From the human T2T-CHM13v2.0 reference genome, Homo sapiens, in NCBI RefSeq assembly GCF_009914755.1, contig NC_060933.1: a DNA stretch of 64,000 bases. The stretch is one strand, 5' to 3'. Both the position numbers and the translations under genes were made by a program. Numbering within the stretch: position 1 is the stretch's first letter; the number at the start of each line of letters is the position of its first letter. The notes under the pieces were generated by a model. That model was not told where the DNA came from. It ran no database searches and saw only the letters and a program-made list of their open reading frames with translations. This document shows positions 20,231 to 35,192 of the stretch, in pieces.

Positions 20231-20427
20231 CTAGAAGTAAAAAACAAAGCACTTGAAAGCAGAAACTTTAGAATTCATTAGTTTTCTGTACAGAATGTTC
20301 TGATCTCTATACTACAAACATGAATGTGCTATCCTTTACCATTACGCAGAAGTATGCATTGCTGAATCAAGGCGTATTTACTGACTGACTCCTACAAGCC
20401 AAGAATTACATTAGGAATATAGAGACA

Positions 20428-20740
20428 GGCCAAATGCAGTGGCTCACACTTGTAATCTCAACCCTTTGGGAGGCCCTGGTGAGAGAAGAGCTTGAGTACA
20501 GGAGCTCAAGACTAGCCTGGACAACATAGAGAAAACCCCATCTCTACTCAAAAAAATAAGTAAATAAATAAAAATTAAAAAAATTAAATTAGTGTGGCAT
20601 GGTGGCACACTCCTGTAGTCTTAGCTACTCAGGAGGCTAAGGCAGGAGCTTCACTCGAGCCCAGTAGTTTGAGGTTACAGTGAGCTATGACTGCAATACT
20701 ATACTCCAGCCTGGTCAACATGGTGAGACAATTTCTAAAA
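20428..20740 (+). mobile_element. AluJ
   Basis: Diverged sense dimer. Confidence 0.88.
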
Positions 20741-21437
20741 ATAAGTATTTGTTAATCTAATAAGATATAAAAACATGGGCCCTAACCTCAAGAAGCTTAT
20801 TCTAACAATTTTTGAAACCCAGATGCAAGCAGCCAACTGTAACATAATATTTAAAGGCCATAAAACAGGGAAAAATTAGGAGTAAGAGTTCTGAATTAAT
20901 GTGAAGGTAAGAGTTAAGATTTCATAGAAAAAGGAGTATTTCACATTCCTGACTCAATCTAAGGAGGGCTTTTGCCACTCTCTCAAAATGGTTTGCTTCT
21001 TTATGTAGGAATCTTTTTGCATCCTCTTAAGCTTTTCATTTGCTCATTATGTATCCTTTGTAGCGTGTTATCCTAAGGCCATCCTGCCTTCAACTATCAT
21101 GCCCAAAGCAGTCTTACAAAATTGCTAGTACAAGTAGCTGGCTGGGAAAAGACAAATCAAGGTTATGTTTCTTCTCCTTCATTCCTTGTTCCTTTGAAAT
21201 CTTAAGATCTTGGTCATAGACAAATGAAAAACTGGCCAACCTGGTCCCTGTGGCCATAATTTTCAAGCATATCCTCTCCTACTCACAACAGTTTCCTTTG
21301 ATCAGAGGCTCCATTTGTCTTAAAAAGGATGGACCAATATAATGGAGAAAAGCTATATTCAAAATAAGTCTGGGACAAAACCATAGATGGGCTTGATTAA
21401 AATGAGGTACAATTTTTACTACTAGGTAAAATAAAAT

Positions 21438-21448
21438 CACACACACAC

Positions 21449-21498
<50 letters not shown>
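21438..21498. repeat. (CA)6-T-(TG)24 microsatellite
   Basis: Read directly. Confidence 0.97.
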
Positions 21499-22518
<1,020 letters not shown>

Positions 22519-24276
22519 TTATTTAAGCAGTATAGCAGGTTTTAAAGCCTCAATCTGGTAACAGCTAGCTTCATGCCAGAAACTGAACTGGGCTCTCCCA
22601 TCTTTATACACTGAACATCAGGTTTAACAGACTTGCTTAAAGTCACATACCTCAGAAATATCAAAACCATAATCTGAACTCAAGTCTATCGAATTCTAAG
22701 GTTCATACTCAACCCACAAAACCACCTTCTACTTTAAAGTAACATTCTTTTTTATAATCTAGTTTGATTAGTAAGTATCAACTATTCCACCAGGCCTATT
22801 TAAAACCATTTTTAGTACTTAAAAATAAACTTGTTTCCTGAAAACTGATATAATTTTTCTCTAGGCTGGCAACTTTTCAGCATTACAGATTTGCTAACTC
22901 TGGCTTTCTCCCAGAATGCAACCTGTATTTAAAAAGTCCTGCCAAGGAAACATCCTGAGACCACATTAAGTCTGCAACTCCCAAAACTTATCATGTTTAA
23001 TGTCTATTTCCATATAATCATATGACTAATTCATTAAGCATAACTAAGAAAACCCTATTTCACAAAACTAAAGTTTACAGAAAACAGTTTAACCTTTTAA
23101 GCATCAACACTACTATTTTAGGACATCCTTTGTTTAATCTGGCCATTCTGTGTTTTGGTAACATAACCAACAATTTAACTTTTCTTGGAGACTTGCAGGT
23201 ATTATTAGTAATTATCGCACTAAAATTAGCACTTAGGACAAGACACTGTCCCAAAACATTTAAAATTGCTTCTGACAACAGCATCCTTCTTCGTTCATTT
23301 CCTTTTTTTTTTTTCTCCAGTAAAAGTGAGAGAGAGGATACAGGTACATGACTTCTAAGCCAGTATGACATAACGTACTTCTACAAAATAAGGTGTTCAC
23401 GAAGGCCCACAAAGCATTCTTCAGCATACCAACTGGTCGGTCAAAAGCACTAAAATCACAGCCTAATATAAAAGACGAAAACAAAACATTAGATGAGGAG
23501 TCAGGTGCTTAGTGTCACCTCTAGCTACAAGTCTGGTTATCTGTAAAATAAAGTCAAATCCAAAACTCCAAATATTCTCACCACTTCCATGATAGCAACT
23601 GTTAATCTCTTGGAAGTAATTAGGTAGATTAATAATTTAAAAAACATGTTTGAATCTCTAATATTTAAACTGACAAATTATCAGGTTATATACCAAAATA
23701 CGAGAAAAGCCATATGCATGAATATGGTCACCACAGCACAATAATAGCGACAATTTAAAAGGTAACTAGAAGCAACCTAAATGTTTAACAAATACTTGCT
23801 AAGTAAAATTACGGTACACTTGCTTGAACTATGCAGCCATTAAAAAGTAGCAACCAGAAACACTACTACTTGGGGGAGGAGAAAATTATTTAAATGCTAT
23901 GATCATAAGGTAGGGTTATATATGAACAGGACTTCATAAATTCAAGAAAAAAGTTATCTTGGAATATTAGGAAGAAAAACAGAGAACTCCCTATAAAGAT
24001 TAAATAGAGCAGCCAAATCAATGAGGTGACTTGAGCATACACTCAGGAGAACATGTATAAGCTCCATGTCCTGTTCAGCACAATGTCACTAACACCTAGA
24101 AGAGTACATGGCACATAGCAGGCATTCAACTATTTATTAAAAGAATAATCTTCCAAACTGTAAGCAAATGATGTAACAGCCTGCCTTTCTGATTTGTGTA
24201 ACAAGTTTCTTAGAAATCTGGTTGGCAATGAGACAAGCTAAAAGCTTTGATCAAGGAAGAGATCTGATGCACTCAC

Positions 24277-24404
24277 CTGCAGGTTACCATTAAATGAAGT
24301 CAGTGGTTGCCCAGTAAGTCCACCCCATCCTACTGAGGCAGAATAAATCATTGAGCTACTGATGCATGCTGTGCTCCTTGCTAGGATTTTTTTTTTTCCC
24401 TGTT
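24277..24404 (-). other. Candidate cryptic exon (128 or 123 nt)
   Basis: Perfect donor CAG|GTGAGT and tandem acceptors tttattctcag|AACAG|GG. Confidence 0.35.
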
Positions 24405-24980
24405 CTGAGAATAAACTAGACCTAAATGTCACCTTTCCTTTGAGAAGAGTTCTATCACTGGGCCTAAAACAAATCTGTTTCCTTGGCTTTTGTTTTCTGG
24501 GAGCAGAGTTCTCTGAAAGGATTTTGACAGTGTGGAGCAGGGGTACTCAAAGTCCCGGATGGCATTCTTCAAAGCTGGTCCAGGAGAGAACACTGCAAAC
24601 AGGAATGGGACTGTGCACGCTTAGAGTTATGCAAAAGGCAGGCCTGGATGGGCACAGGGATCTTTGGGGGATGACAGAAATGTTCAAAATGTAACCAAAA
24701 AAATCTAATTGAATGGAGTGAATTTTATGGTATATAAAACATAACTTAATAAAGCTTCTTTAAAAAAAAAAATCGAGAGCCTGGTTCTGGAAAACTGAGG
24801 TCCAAACACTGGGTAGAACTGACCCTCTGAGATGTTACTACCCTTTGAGATCCAAGACAAAATTTCTAAGTCATTCATCTCTAAGCTTCAACAGTTCTCA
24901 TACACAAATGACACATGAAAAAGACTGAAAGGAATAAAAAAAAAATCATTCTCTCACTACACAACGGTCACAATTTGCTT

Positions 24981-25072
24981 TATATATGTGTGTGTGTGTA
25001 TATACGTATATACGTATATACACATGTATATATACGTATATATATGTGTGTGTGTATATATATATATATATG
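24981..25072. repeat. Compound (TA/TG/CG) alternating purine-pyrimidine repeat
   Basis: Read directly; adjoins the Alu tail. Confidence 0.95.
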
Positions 25073-25373
25073 TTTTGTTTTTTTTTTTTTGAGACAGAGC
25101 TTTGCTCTTGTTGCCCAGGGTGGAGTGCAGTGGCGCAATCCTGACTCGCACAATCCTGACTCACTGCAGTCTTCACCTCCTGGGTTCAAGCAATTCTCCT
25201 GCTTCAGCCTCCAGAGTAGCGGATTACAGGTGCTGGTCACCACACCCGACTAATTTTTTTATTTTTAGTAGAGACAGGATTTCATCATATTATTCAGGCT
25301 GGTTTCAAACTCCTGACCTCAGGTGATCCACCAACCTCGGCCTCCCAAAGTGCTGGGATTACAGGCGTGAGCT
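25072..25373 (-). mobile_element. AluS (5'-truncated) with internal duplication
   Basis: caatcctgactc is repeated within the right arm. Confidence 0.92.
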
Positions 25374-26256
25374 AAAAAATAATTTAAAAATAATTTTGAA
25401 AAGCTAATAGGCAGTATTAGGAGAAACCATTCAAGGACTGGTACTATGTGGGTGAGGATGTTCATTACTGCCCAGCACCGGACAATCATTTCTAAACAGA
25501 AATTATGGTTCCCACTCTTGAGTTAGGCAAACAAACAGGACCCATCTCTTTCTGAGAGCACAGCAGAAATAGGGTGTGTGAAAACAGCCTAAGGCTCCCC
25601 TACTTCCTTTCCCCAGTCCACAATCCCATAAGGTGATGAAAAAGAAGGAAAAGGGAAAAGAAAACAGATGCAACGAAAGAAATCCTCTATCCATTACACA
25701 GAGAATGCAGAAATAAAGGGTAGGAAAAATAAGAGTTACATATTTTAAATAAACTTTTCTTTCCTTCCCTTCCAAAATCTAAATTTGCCTACACAAAGAT
25801 TTTTCTCCCCTCAAAGAAGTATGTCTAAAATCGTTTTACTTAGGTTGGTTACCACAAAGAATTACACAGATGTGAAAAAATATCTAGACCACAAAAGTCC
25901 AAACCAATAAAAAATTTTATACACTCTCTCCCTCTCCCTCTCTCCAAACACACACACGGCGCACACACATATAATTACTTACACAATAATTGTGGGTTTT
26001 ACAATAGTTGGAAAAAAGAGGTATGATTGAGTTATAATTTTATTAAATAACAATCATAATTCAAATAATTATTGCTTGCCTGCCATATGCTGGATGCTGT
26101 GACTACAAAATGGGAAAAAGAAACAGTCCTTACCCTTAAAGCAACTCAGTCTAGTGAGGGACAATTAATAACAGGAACTACAAGAAGATAATAGGGCTCC
26201 ATAACCTAGATAGAAGAGGTGAAAAGTTCAGATCCTTAACAAAGGGAAAGATCTAA

Positions 26257-26400
26257 GGCAGGCAGGCTCCATGGCAAACACCTGTAGTCCTAGTTACTCA
26301 GGAGGCCAAGAAAGGAGGATCACCTGGGCCCAGAAGTTCGAGTCCAGAAGGGACAACATAGCAAAACCCGTTTCTGGAAAAACTAAAATTAAAAAAAAAT
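26257..26400 (+). mobile_element. FLAM/Alu monomer
   Basis: Diverged single arm with A-rich tail. Confidence 0.7.
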
Positions 26401-27440
26401 TTTTTTAATGAAAGATGTAAGAGTTGGGAAGAGACTGTGTACATGACCCCTCTTCTTCATCTGTTTATTCTAAATTTCTCTCATTAATTTACTATATAGA
26501 GTTCAAGTATTAATGCTTTATCTCCTCTAGATAACGTCGTATTAATTAACGTTTGCTGATGAACTAGACAAGAACTATACTGTTCAAATCCATGTTTACA
26601 ATCTGTTCGCTCTTTCCAGAGAAAAGGCTGTGAGTTAAGTAGAGTAAAATGGAAGTGAAAACTGTCTGACATGTTTTCTTAGCAGGAAAACCAAAACAAA
26701 CACAACGCAACAATCAAGACTAATTAAGAACTACCTTTCCAGCAAGATGAATTACAAAATGGTGGTGGCCTAAACCAAACTAGAGGTAGTACAGAGAAAT
26801 AGGTGGAATAAACTAGAAGACATAATCTTGACCAATAATCTTTCCATACTGAGCAAGTACCTAATCATTTCAGAAACTTTTATCATAAGAATTTCTCACC
26901 CACACTTTCCACTCACAGCCTCAAAAAAAGAAAGTGAGCACAAACAGAAACAGCCTAGGAATGTAACATGAATTAAAAGCCTCATCCAATGCTGTTGGCA
27001 GAGAGACAACAGATCTACACTCTACATTATGATGCTAACAGTCAGTTATGTCTGACTATGCCATCTTGTTTACTCTTCATCAAAAATTAGGTTATTTTAG
27101 TAGAGAAAATTCTCCTCAATATTCACCCAGAGTAATACTTGACAATTTAACTATAAAAACAAGATGGGCATATAAAGCCCAACAAGTATGGAAATACGAA
27201 CTACCTTCTAGAATCACAGACGAAGTCAGAGGTGGAAAACCCACAGATTATTTAAGTCCAACTTTTTTTATATTTTACAGATGAGAGCCTGAGGCCCACA
27301 TGACGAGTCTGTGGCAGAACTTATTCAACTATAGGCGCTAAGGCCTTCAAATCTCTTAGAAATAAGTCTTACAGAAATATCATAAAAATCAACTTAAAAT
27401 TGAATGAACAATGTATGATTAGCAGGTTTGCAAAAGGTGA

Positions 27441-27521
27441 AATATACCATATTATAAATATATATAATATATTATATAATACCATATTATAAATAAATAT
27501 ATTATAAATATATATTTATAA
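27441..27521. repeat. AT-rich low-complexity repeat
   Basis: ataccatattataaata duplicated; nearly all A/T. Confidence 0.85.
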
Positions 27522-28069
27522 ACCCCAGAGAAAGGAGTATCTGAAGTGACACAATTCCCAGGTAAACTTCCAGTCAGAAATTTCATCTTTTTATTCCAAG
27601 TGTGTCCCAGCTTCCCACACCTGATCTGACATCTATATGTATGTGGTTTCGTATTATCTCTACAAAAGTTCTATTTCTTCCATTAGACGGTGTTCCCTGA
27701 AGATAGGAACAATTTTACTTCGATTCCAACTGTCCCTATAAAAGGGAATTTTTTTTAAAGCCTACATACAAGGTTTGTTTGCTATTGAAAAAAATTTACG
27801 GTAAATTTTCAAGTATAACAACACTCGCAATCAAGGCCAAACAGAATACAGCAGACTTGCAACTCTAAGGTAACAACTGTATTATGAGCTTTGTATACAT
27901 TTAAGTTTTCATACGTTAAGTCCACCGCTTAAGAAAAAAGAAATGGCAATTCATATAATGGTGGCAATAATTACATGTGTGTGTTTCTACTTACGGTAGA
28001 ATTAGCATACCCAACTTTTACTGAATAATAGCATATATCATTTTTGCAACACAAAGAAAAATACTTTAC

Positions 28070-28081
28070 CTTACAAGCCAT
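28070..28081 (-). CDS. RNF38: RNF38 coding exon 1 (MACK)
   Basis: Reverse complement ATG GCT TGT AAG|GTAAAGT, a phase-0 donor at the edge of the CpG island. Confidence 0.92.
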
Positions 28082-28229
28082 ACAGACGTAAACAAAAACT
28101 TTATTTCTTTTTGGACCTCAATAACCTGAAACACTCCCGTTTCAAAAACCAACCTCTCTCACGCTTCAACCCTGAAAGGAAGAACTTGCATCCCCTGAGA
28201 ACAAAACGCAGCCTATCCAGAAACCCACG

Positions 28230-29320
28230 GAAGCAGAAGGACGCCAGAGAGGACCCTTTCGACCGGGTTCCGCGTTCTCCTGGGTGACATCATTTCACCT
28301 GCGTCTCGGCAAAAAGGGAGGGAGCGAGAGAGCGAGGCCATCTGCCGGGCAGCGGGCCGGCGGCTCCGCGAGCTGAGACCGCGCCTCCTCGCCACCGCGG
28401 GAACAAAGAGCGCCGGGCGGCCGAGGCAAACCTTAGCCCAAGACTCGGGCGCGGCCCCGCAGGCTCTCAACGGCCCGCAGCCCGTCCCGCCCTCGCGCTG
28501 CAGCCAACGGCCGCGGCGGCCAGTACCTGCGAGGGGAGGCTCCGCCCTGCCGGGCAGCTCCCGCGGATCCTCGCTGGGCCGCCGCCTCCTATTGTGACTG
28601 CTCGCCCAGCCCGCGGCCAGCTCGCCAGATCCGCCGTCCGCGGGCCTCCTCACCCCCGGAACCCCGGCTCCAACTTAGGCACTGTCACTGCGCTTCCTTC
28701 CTCCCGGCACCATCACACGGGCCGCGCCAGGAAACGACGGCTGCACGCCCAGAGATGACAGAGTCGCCTAACGCCTCGGAGGCTCCATCCTCTCCGCCCC
28801 CACGCCCCAACCGACCGGGCCTCGGCCCCGTCCCGCAACACCGCACTAGGGGCCCGGCCCGGCCACGCCCCTCCCCGCCCCGCCGCGCCCCGCCGCACCC
28901 CGCCTCACCCCGCCTCGGCGATCACAGACCCGGGCTCGCTATGCGCCGGCGCACTGGCCTCCGCTGCGCGCGCAGGCGACTCCCCTCGCCGCTAGGCCGC
29001 GACACGCGCGGTCCTCCCACTTCTTGGGTCCGGGTCGCCCGTCCCACCCCGTCCCCTCGCCAGCACAAACCTAGCGAGCCCAGCGCGCCAGACCACCGGA
29101 GCGCTCCTCCCTTTTCCCCCAGGCTCCGCACCGCGCGCCGAACCCCCTTTGTTTCCACCCCGAGGGGGAAGGGGGCGGGGCGGGGCGGGGCGGGGCTGCG
29201 CGCGGCCCGGCGCACGACTCGGACCAGTTCCGGCAACAGAGCTCCGCGCGCAGCACCACTGCGCAGCCCCGCCCCAGCCCGCCCCCCGCTGCCCTGCGGA
29301 CCGCAGGGCCCTGTTCCAAT
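28230..29320. promoter_or_regulatory. CpG-island promoter of RNF38 with multiple GC boxes
   Basis: About 1.1 kb of very GC- and CpG-rich sequence directly upstream of the MACK exon. Many GGGCGG/CCGCCC boxes (e.g. ~28795, ~28875, tandem at 29171-29195, ~29270); no obvious TATA box. Confidence 0.93.
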
Positions 29321-30819
29321 TCCTATAGATTTTCTCTTAGTAAATTGTTGCTACTGTTCCGTGCCTCCTACCTACAAAACTCCGCAATCAAACAGTAACT
29401 GACCTCACGTAGTTCTTACAGCATAAATGCATTCACGTGGCCCGAAAAGTAAGAATTTTTATTGCAGTACACAAAGGTGTCTCTCAATGCAGCAAGCCAA
29501 CAGGTTCGAACCCAACTTGTCCGAGGCTTCCTTAAGTGTGACAGTTGCTCAGATGTCGCTTGGGGAGGGGAAATAAGAACAAAGATTGAAGCCGGCTTGG
29601 CTCCTGTCCTGATAATCACGATACAAGAGAGAAAATAAAAATTTCCACAAAAGCACAATCCATACAAGGAAAAAATAGTAAAGTGGTATCAGACTTAAGG
29701 AGAGAGGGCAGTCAAGAGGACATCATGGAAGGGGTGGACTTTTTAAAGCAGAAATTAGATGTTTCCCGCAAGGATGGTGATCATATTTTAGGGTGGTAGA
29801 GTAAAATTATTAAGGACCAGTCAACAGAAAACTCGGGTTTTCAAGTTCTAGTTCTTTTGGCATTACTTAAACCAGTCTCTCTTTCCCTCTCTGGGCCTCA
29901 GCTGCAACCAGTAGAAAATGGGGGAAATCAGAGTAAATGTTGTTTCAGGACCTTCTGGACCTTGGACATTCTCTTTATGAACAACACTATATGGTAATTA
30001 TTTATGTACACTTGTCTCCCATATCAGACTGAGCACCCAGACTCTGTTGGGACTGTGTAAACTAAACCCAAGGCCCAAGTCTAGTGCCAGAAACACAAGA
30101 GAAGGTGTTTAGCAACTGCTGAATCAAAGTTCCAGCAATAACATCATAGGTTTTGGAATTCCAGGACAAACAAAGAGAAGCTGGAAAGAGGTATTAGGTC
30201 CCTATGAACATATCCACCCCAAACCCATACTCGAATTATGTAACCCAGTTAACCAGCTGGCTGGCTCTCTCCCAAAGCAGCCAGTTTGGAGATGATCACA
30301 TCTAAACTTGTTTTTTTTGTTTGTTTGTTTCACTTCAAGGTAAAGTGCCAACCATACCTTTAAGTTTATCCAATGTATCCTATTTTCTATCCTCTGTATC
30401 CCTCACAAATCGCAATCTACTGTGGATTCGCCTTCCAATTACAGATCTTCCACCAGAATCTAAGCTTAAAAAAAAAAAAAAAAATCCTCCCTACAGAACG
30501 CAGACCACCCTGAAGTAGCTTTTCCTCCAAGCTTGGATAGGACTATGTGAAGAGAGGGGAAAGGGGAGAAGAACATCAGGAAAGGAAAGGGAAGTTACAT
30601 TTGGGAGCTATCTAACTGTAAGAGAGGCAGATTCCTCAAGTGCTGAACTCAGCAGCAAAAATCTATTACAGTCCTCCAGCATTCCTCACCTCTAAGCTTC
30701 AGCAAATCCCTCTGAGCTTCAGCCAACCTTTTGTGAGGCAAGCTTCCTGAAACCTCTCAAATGGTTACGATCTTCAACAATGCTGTCACAACCCCAGGTT
30801 GGATAGTTTTAAATTTCTT

Positions 30820-31072
30820 CTTCTTTTTTTATTTTTTTTGTATTTTGAGACACGGTGCTCTGTCGCCCAGGCTGGAGTGCAATGGCTGGATCACATCTCA
30901 CTGCAGTCTCAAACTCCTGGGCTCAGGCAATCCAGGCTAAATTTTTAATTTTCTGTAGAGGCAGGTCTCACTATGTTGCCCAGGCTGGTCTCTAACTCCT
31001 GGGCTCAAGCAGTCCTCCCATATTGGCCTCCCAGAATGCTGGGATTACAGGTGTGAACTACCATGCACAGCC
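30820..31072 (-). mobile_element. AluJ, internally deleted
   Basis: Antisense J-type Alu lacking part of the right arm. Confidence 0.88.
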
Positions 31073-31267
31073 TCTAATTTATTTCTTAACCAGAAAATCT
31101 TAAGCCATGCAAGTAAACACCCAAAGAGCAGGCAGGCTTTTAAAGTGGTGGGCCACCTTTGACACCTAATGTGGCAGGGGCTAAAGTTATACCAGAGCAG
31201 TCACTTAACTACAGTCAAGCTAAAATTTTATTTGGTGTCTGTCCACAAAGGTGGAAAGTCCCACTGC

Positions 31268-31438
31268 AGAACTAATAGAACTTTCTGCAATGACAAAAAT
31301 ATTCTACATCTGCCCCATCGAAAAGGCTGCCACTAGCTAGTGACATGTAGCTACTGAGCACTTGAAATGTGGCTAGTCCAATTAATGAATTGTCCAGGAT
31401 CAGTTTTTAAAGCCACACAGGGCTACGGGACAGTACAG
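31268..31438. mobile_element. MER3-like hAT element
   Basis: aatagaactttctgcaatga...gctactgagcacttgaaatgtggctagt. Confidence 0.7.
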
Positions 31439-31879
31439 CATTTGTAAGAAAAGGTGCTTTTGGCAAGAGCTTTTTGAGAATTCTGACTCTGAGGCTCCCT
31501 TTAAAAAACTGGTTTTCTTGACAAGTGAAAATTGTGAATGACTACTGTTATTCCAGAGCTACCCAAGTCATTTGAGTCCCTTCAATTTTAAAATAAAAAT
31601 ATATCAAAACATTGCTTACTGAACAGGAAAATGCTGAAGTTCCTTCAGATGGTTCTGGTAGTTATTCAATGAGATTGTTTACTCTGGTGTTCTGCCATTC
31701 TAATACATGGGAATAACAGCAGCCACTATACAAAAACTGCATAGGATTTTAGAACTGATCACCTAGTGAACAAATTCAGCCTATTCTTCAATGCTAAATC
31801 TCACCCACTTTTCACCTTTTAAAGAATGTGACTCTACAAATTCTCTTTTATACCATCATGTTTTTCTCTTTATTGGATT

Positions 31880-33660
<1,781 letters not shown>

Positions 33661-34852
33661 TGTTTTTTCTTTATTTCTAACTAAGGCAAAACAACTGTAA
33701 TCTTAGGATATATATATAAGAAAGATCTCATTCTGAAATTCACTATCTGCTTCTAGAAAACCATTTCCCAATCTTGTGAATTTGAAGGGTACCGTTGCTA
33801 CAAATACATTTTAAAACACACTAAACAATAATCATAAACAAATTTAAATAAGTGCTAGTTAATAGTCTGTCAAATGGTAAATATACAGTTTATTTTTGTG
33901 ACCAGTTTTGCATTTCTAGACATCAAGGAATATCTAAAATAATGGTTATCTGAAGGATCTTTTTACAAAAAAGTTGACTATGAGGTTACAGGCTGTCCTC
34001 CTTATCCCTCTACACACTTGTATCATAACACCTTACAGCGTTTATCAAATATCTGTTTCCTCCTGTTAAACTGTAAGCTCCTCAAGTCTCAGTTCTGCTT
34101 TGTTTGTATATCACTGACACCGATGTTGGGGGGAAGAATGGATGACGGAAAATGCACAAAAATGGAAAGAGGACCATCTCCTATTTTAAGGCATTGAAAG
34201 GCATGATTCAACAGCTACAGGTAAAGAACCACTTGTCCAAATGCTGAAGAACCATTCACATGGAAGGAAATGTCAAAGGAGGTGCTGGGGTAAAGAATGG
34301 CTTACCTGCTGGAAGTTCTGGACCTCTACTAATGAGAAGGCAGTTCCTCATTGGTTAACACTGTCAGTACTGTTCTGCCATCACATCCACATCCAAGTAT
34401 CCCTACTATAATCTCACTCCAACAACCTCAATCTCTATTGCCGAGTTAGTGGCCTCTCCTGTGTGTTCTAAAATAGCATTAATCATTCTGCCTTCCAACT
34501 TTGTATTTACTTGACACTTCTGCCCAATAAATAGTAAACTTCTTGAAGCCAAGGACTAAGTCTTACCAAATCTGGCAAGGGGTTAGCACATACCATGTGC
34601 TTAATAAATAGTTCTGTTAATGATATGTAAATATTTCACAGCAGTGGCTGATTCTACGTTTCTCGCTTGGTAAATTCCCAAGGAGAAATGAAGCACAGGA
34701 ACAACAGAAAGCGGGCAGTGAAAAGAGAGGAAAAGGGATGCAGAAAAAATAAATTTCAAAATCTTCCCTGAAGCTAGCTTTGCTGTCATCCCTAAGTTTC
34801 CTTTCTTCCTCCAAAACCAGCTAAAAGGACTGAATAACATAAAGCTGCACTG

Positions 34853-35003
34853 GGCCGGGCGCGGTGGCTCACGCCTGTAATCCCAGCACTTTGAGAGGCC
34901 AAGGCGGGCAGATCATTTGAGCTCAGGAGTTTGAGATTAGCCTGGACAGCATGATGAAACCCCATCTCCACCAAAAATACAAAAAAAACCCAAAAAACAA
35001 AAG
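34853..35003 (+). mobile_element. Alu left monomer (FLAM_C-like) with 14-bp TSD
   Basis: ataaagctgcactg at 34839-34852 and 35004-35017. Confidence 0.9.
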
Positions 35004-35192
35004 ATAAAGCTGCACTGAGGGAAAAGGCATATTGGCTGAACAGCATTTAGCCTACGCAGTATCTACAAGCATGCTACAACTTGATCTACTACTGCAAAAC
35101 AATCAGCATAAGCAGTTTCACCCAGAAATGTTAACACAAATCAAAGTAGAAAAAGTTAATTAGTAGCAGCTGCCGGCTATAGCAGCTAGAGA

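Noticed and set aside
28213-29402. Long ORFs (146 aa, 215 aa) in the CpG island
   Set aside because: Pro/Arg/Gly-rich, stop-poor frames are expected in GC-rich DNA, and no domain is recognisable.
34306-34467. Possible 162-nt cryptic exon (donor CAG|GTAAGC)
   Set aside because: The acceptor has a poor pyrimidine tract and the phase-0 frame hits an early stop; a lone strong donor is common by chance.
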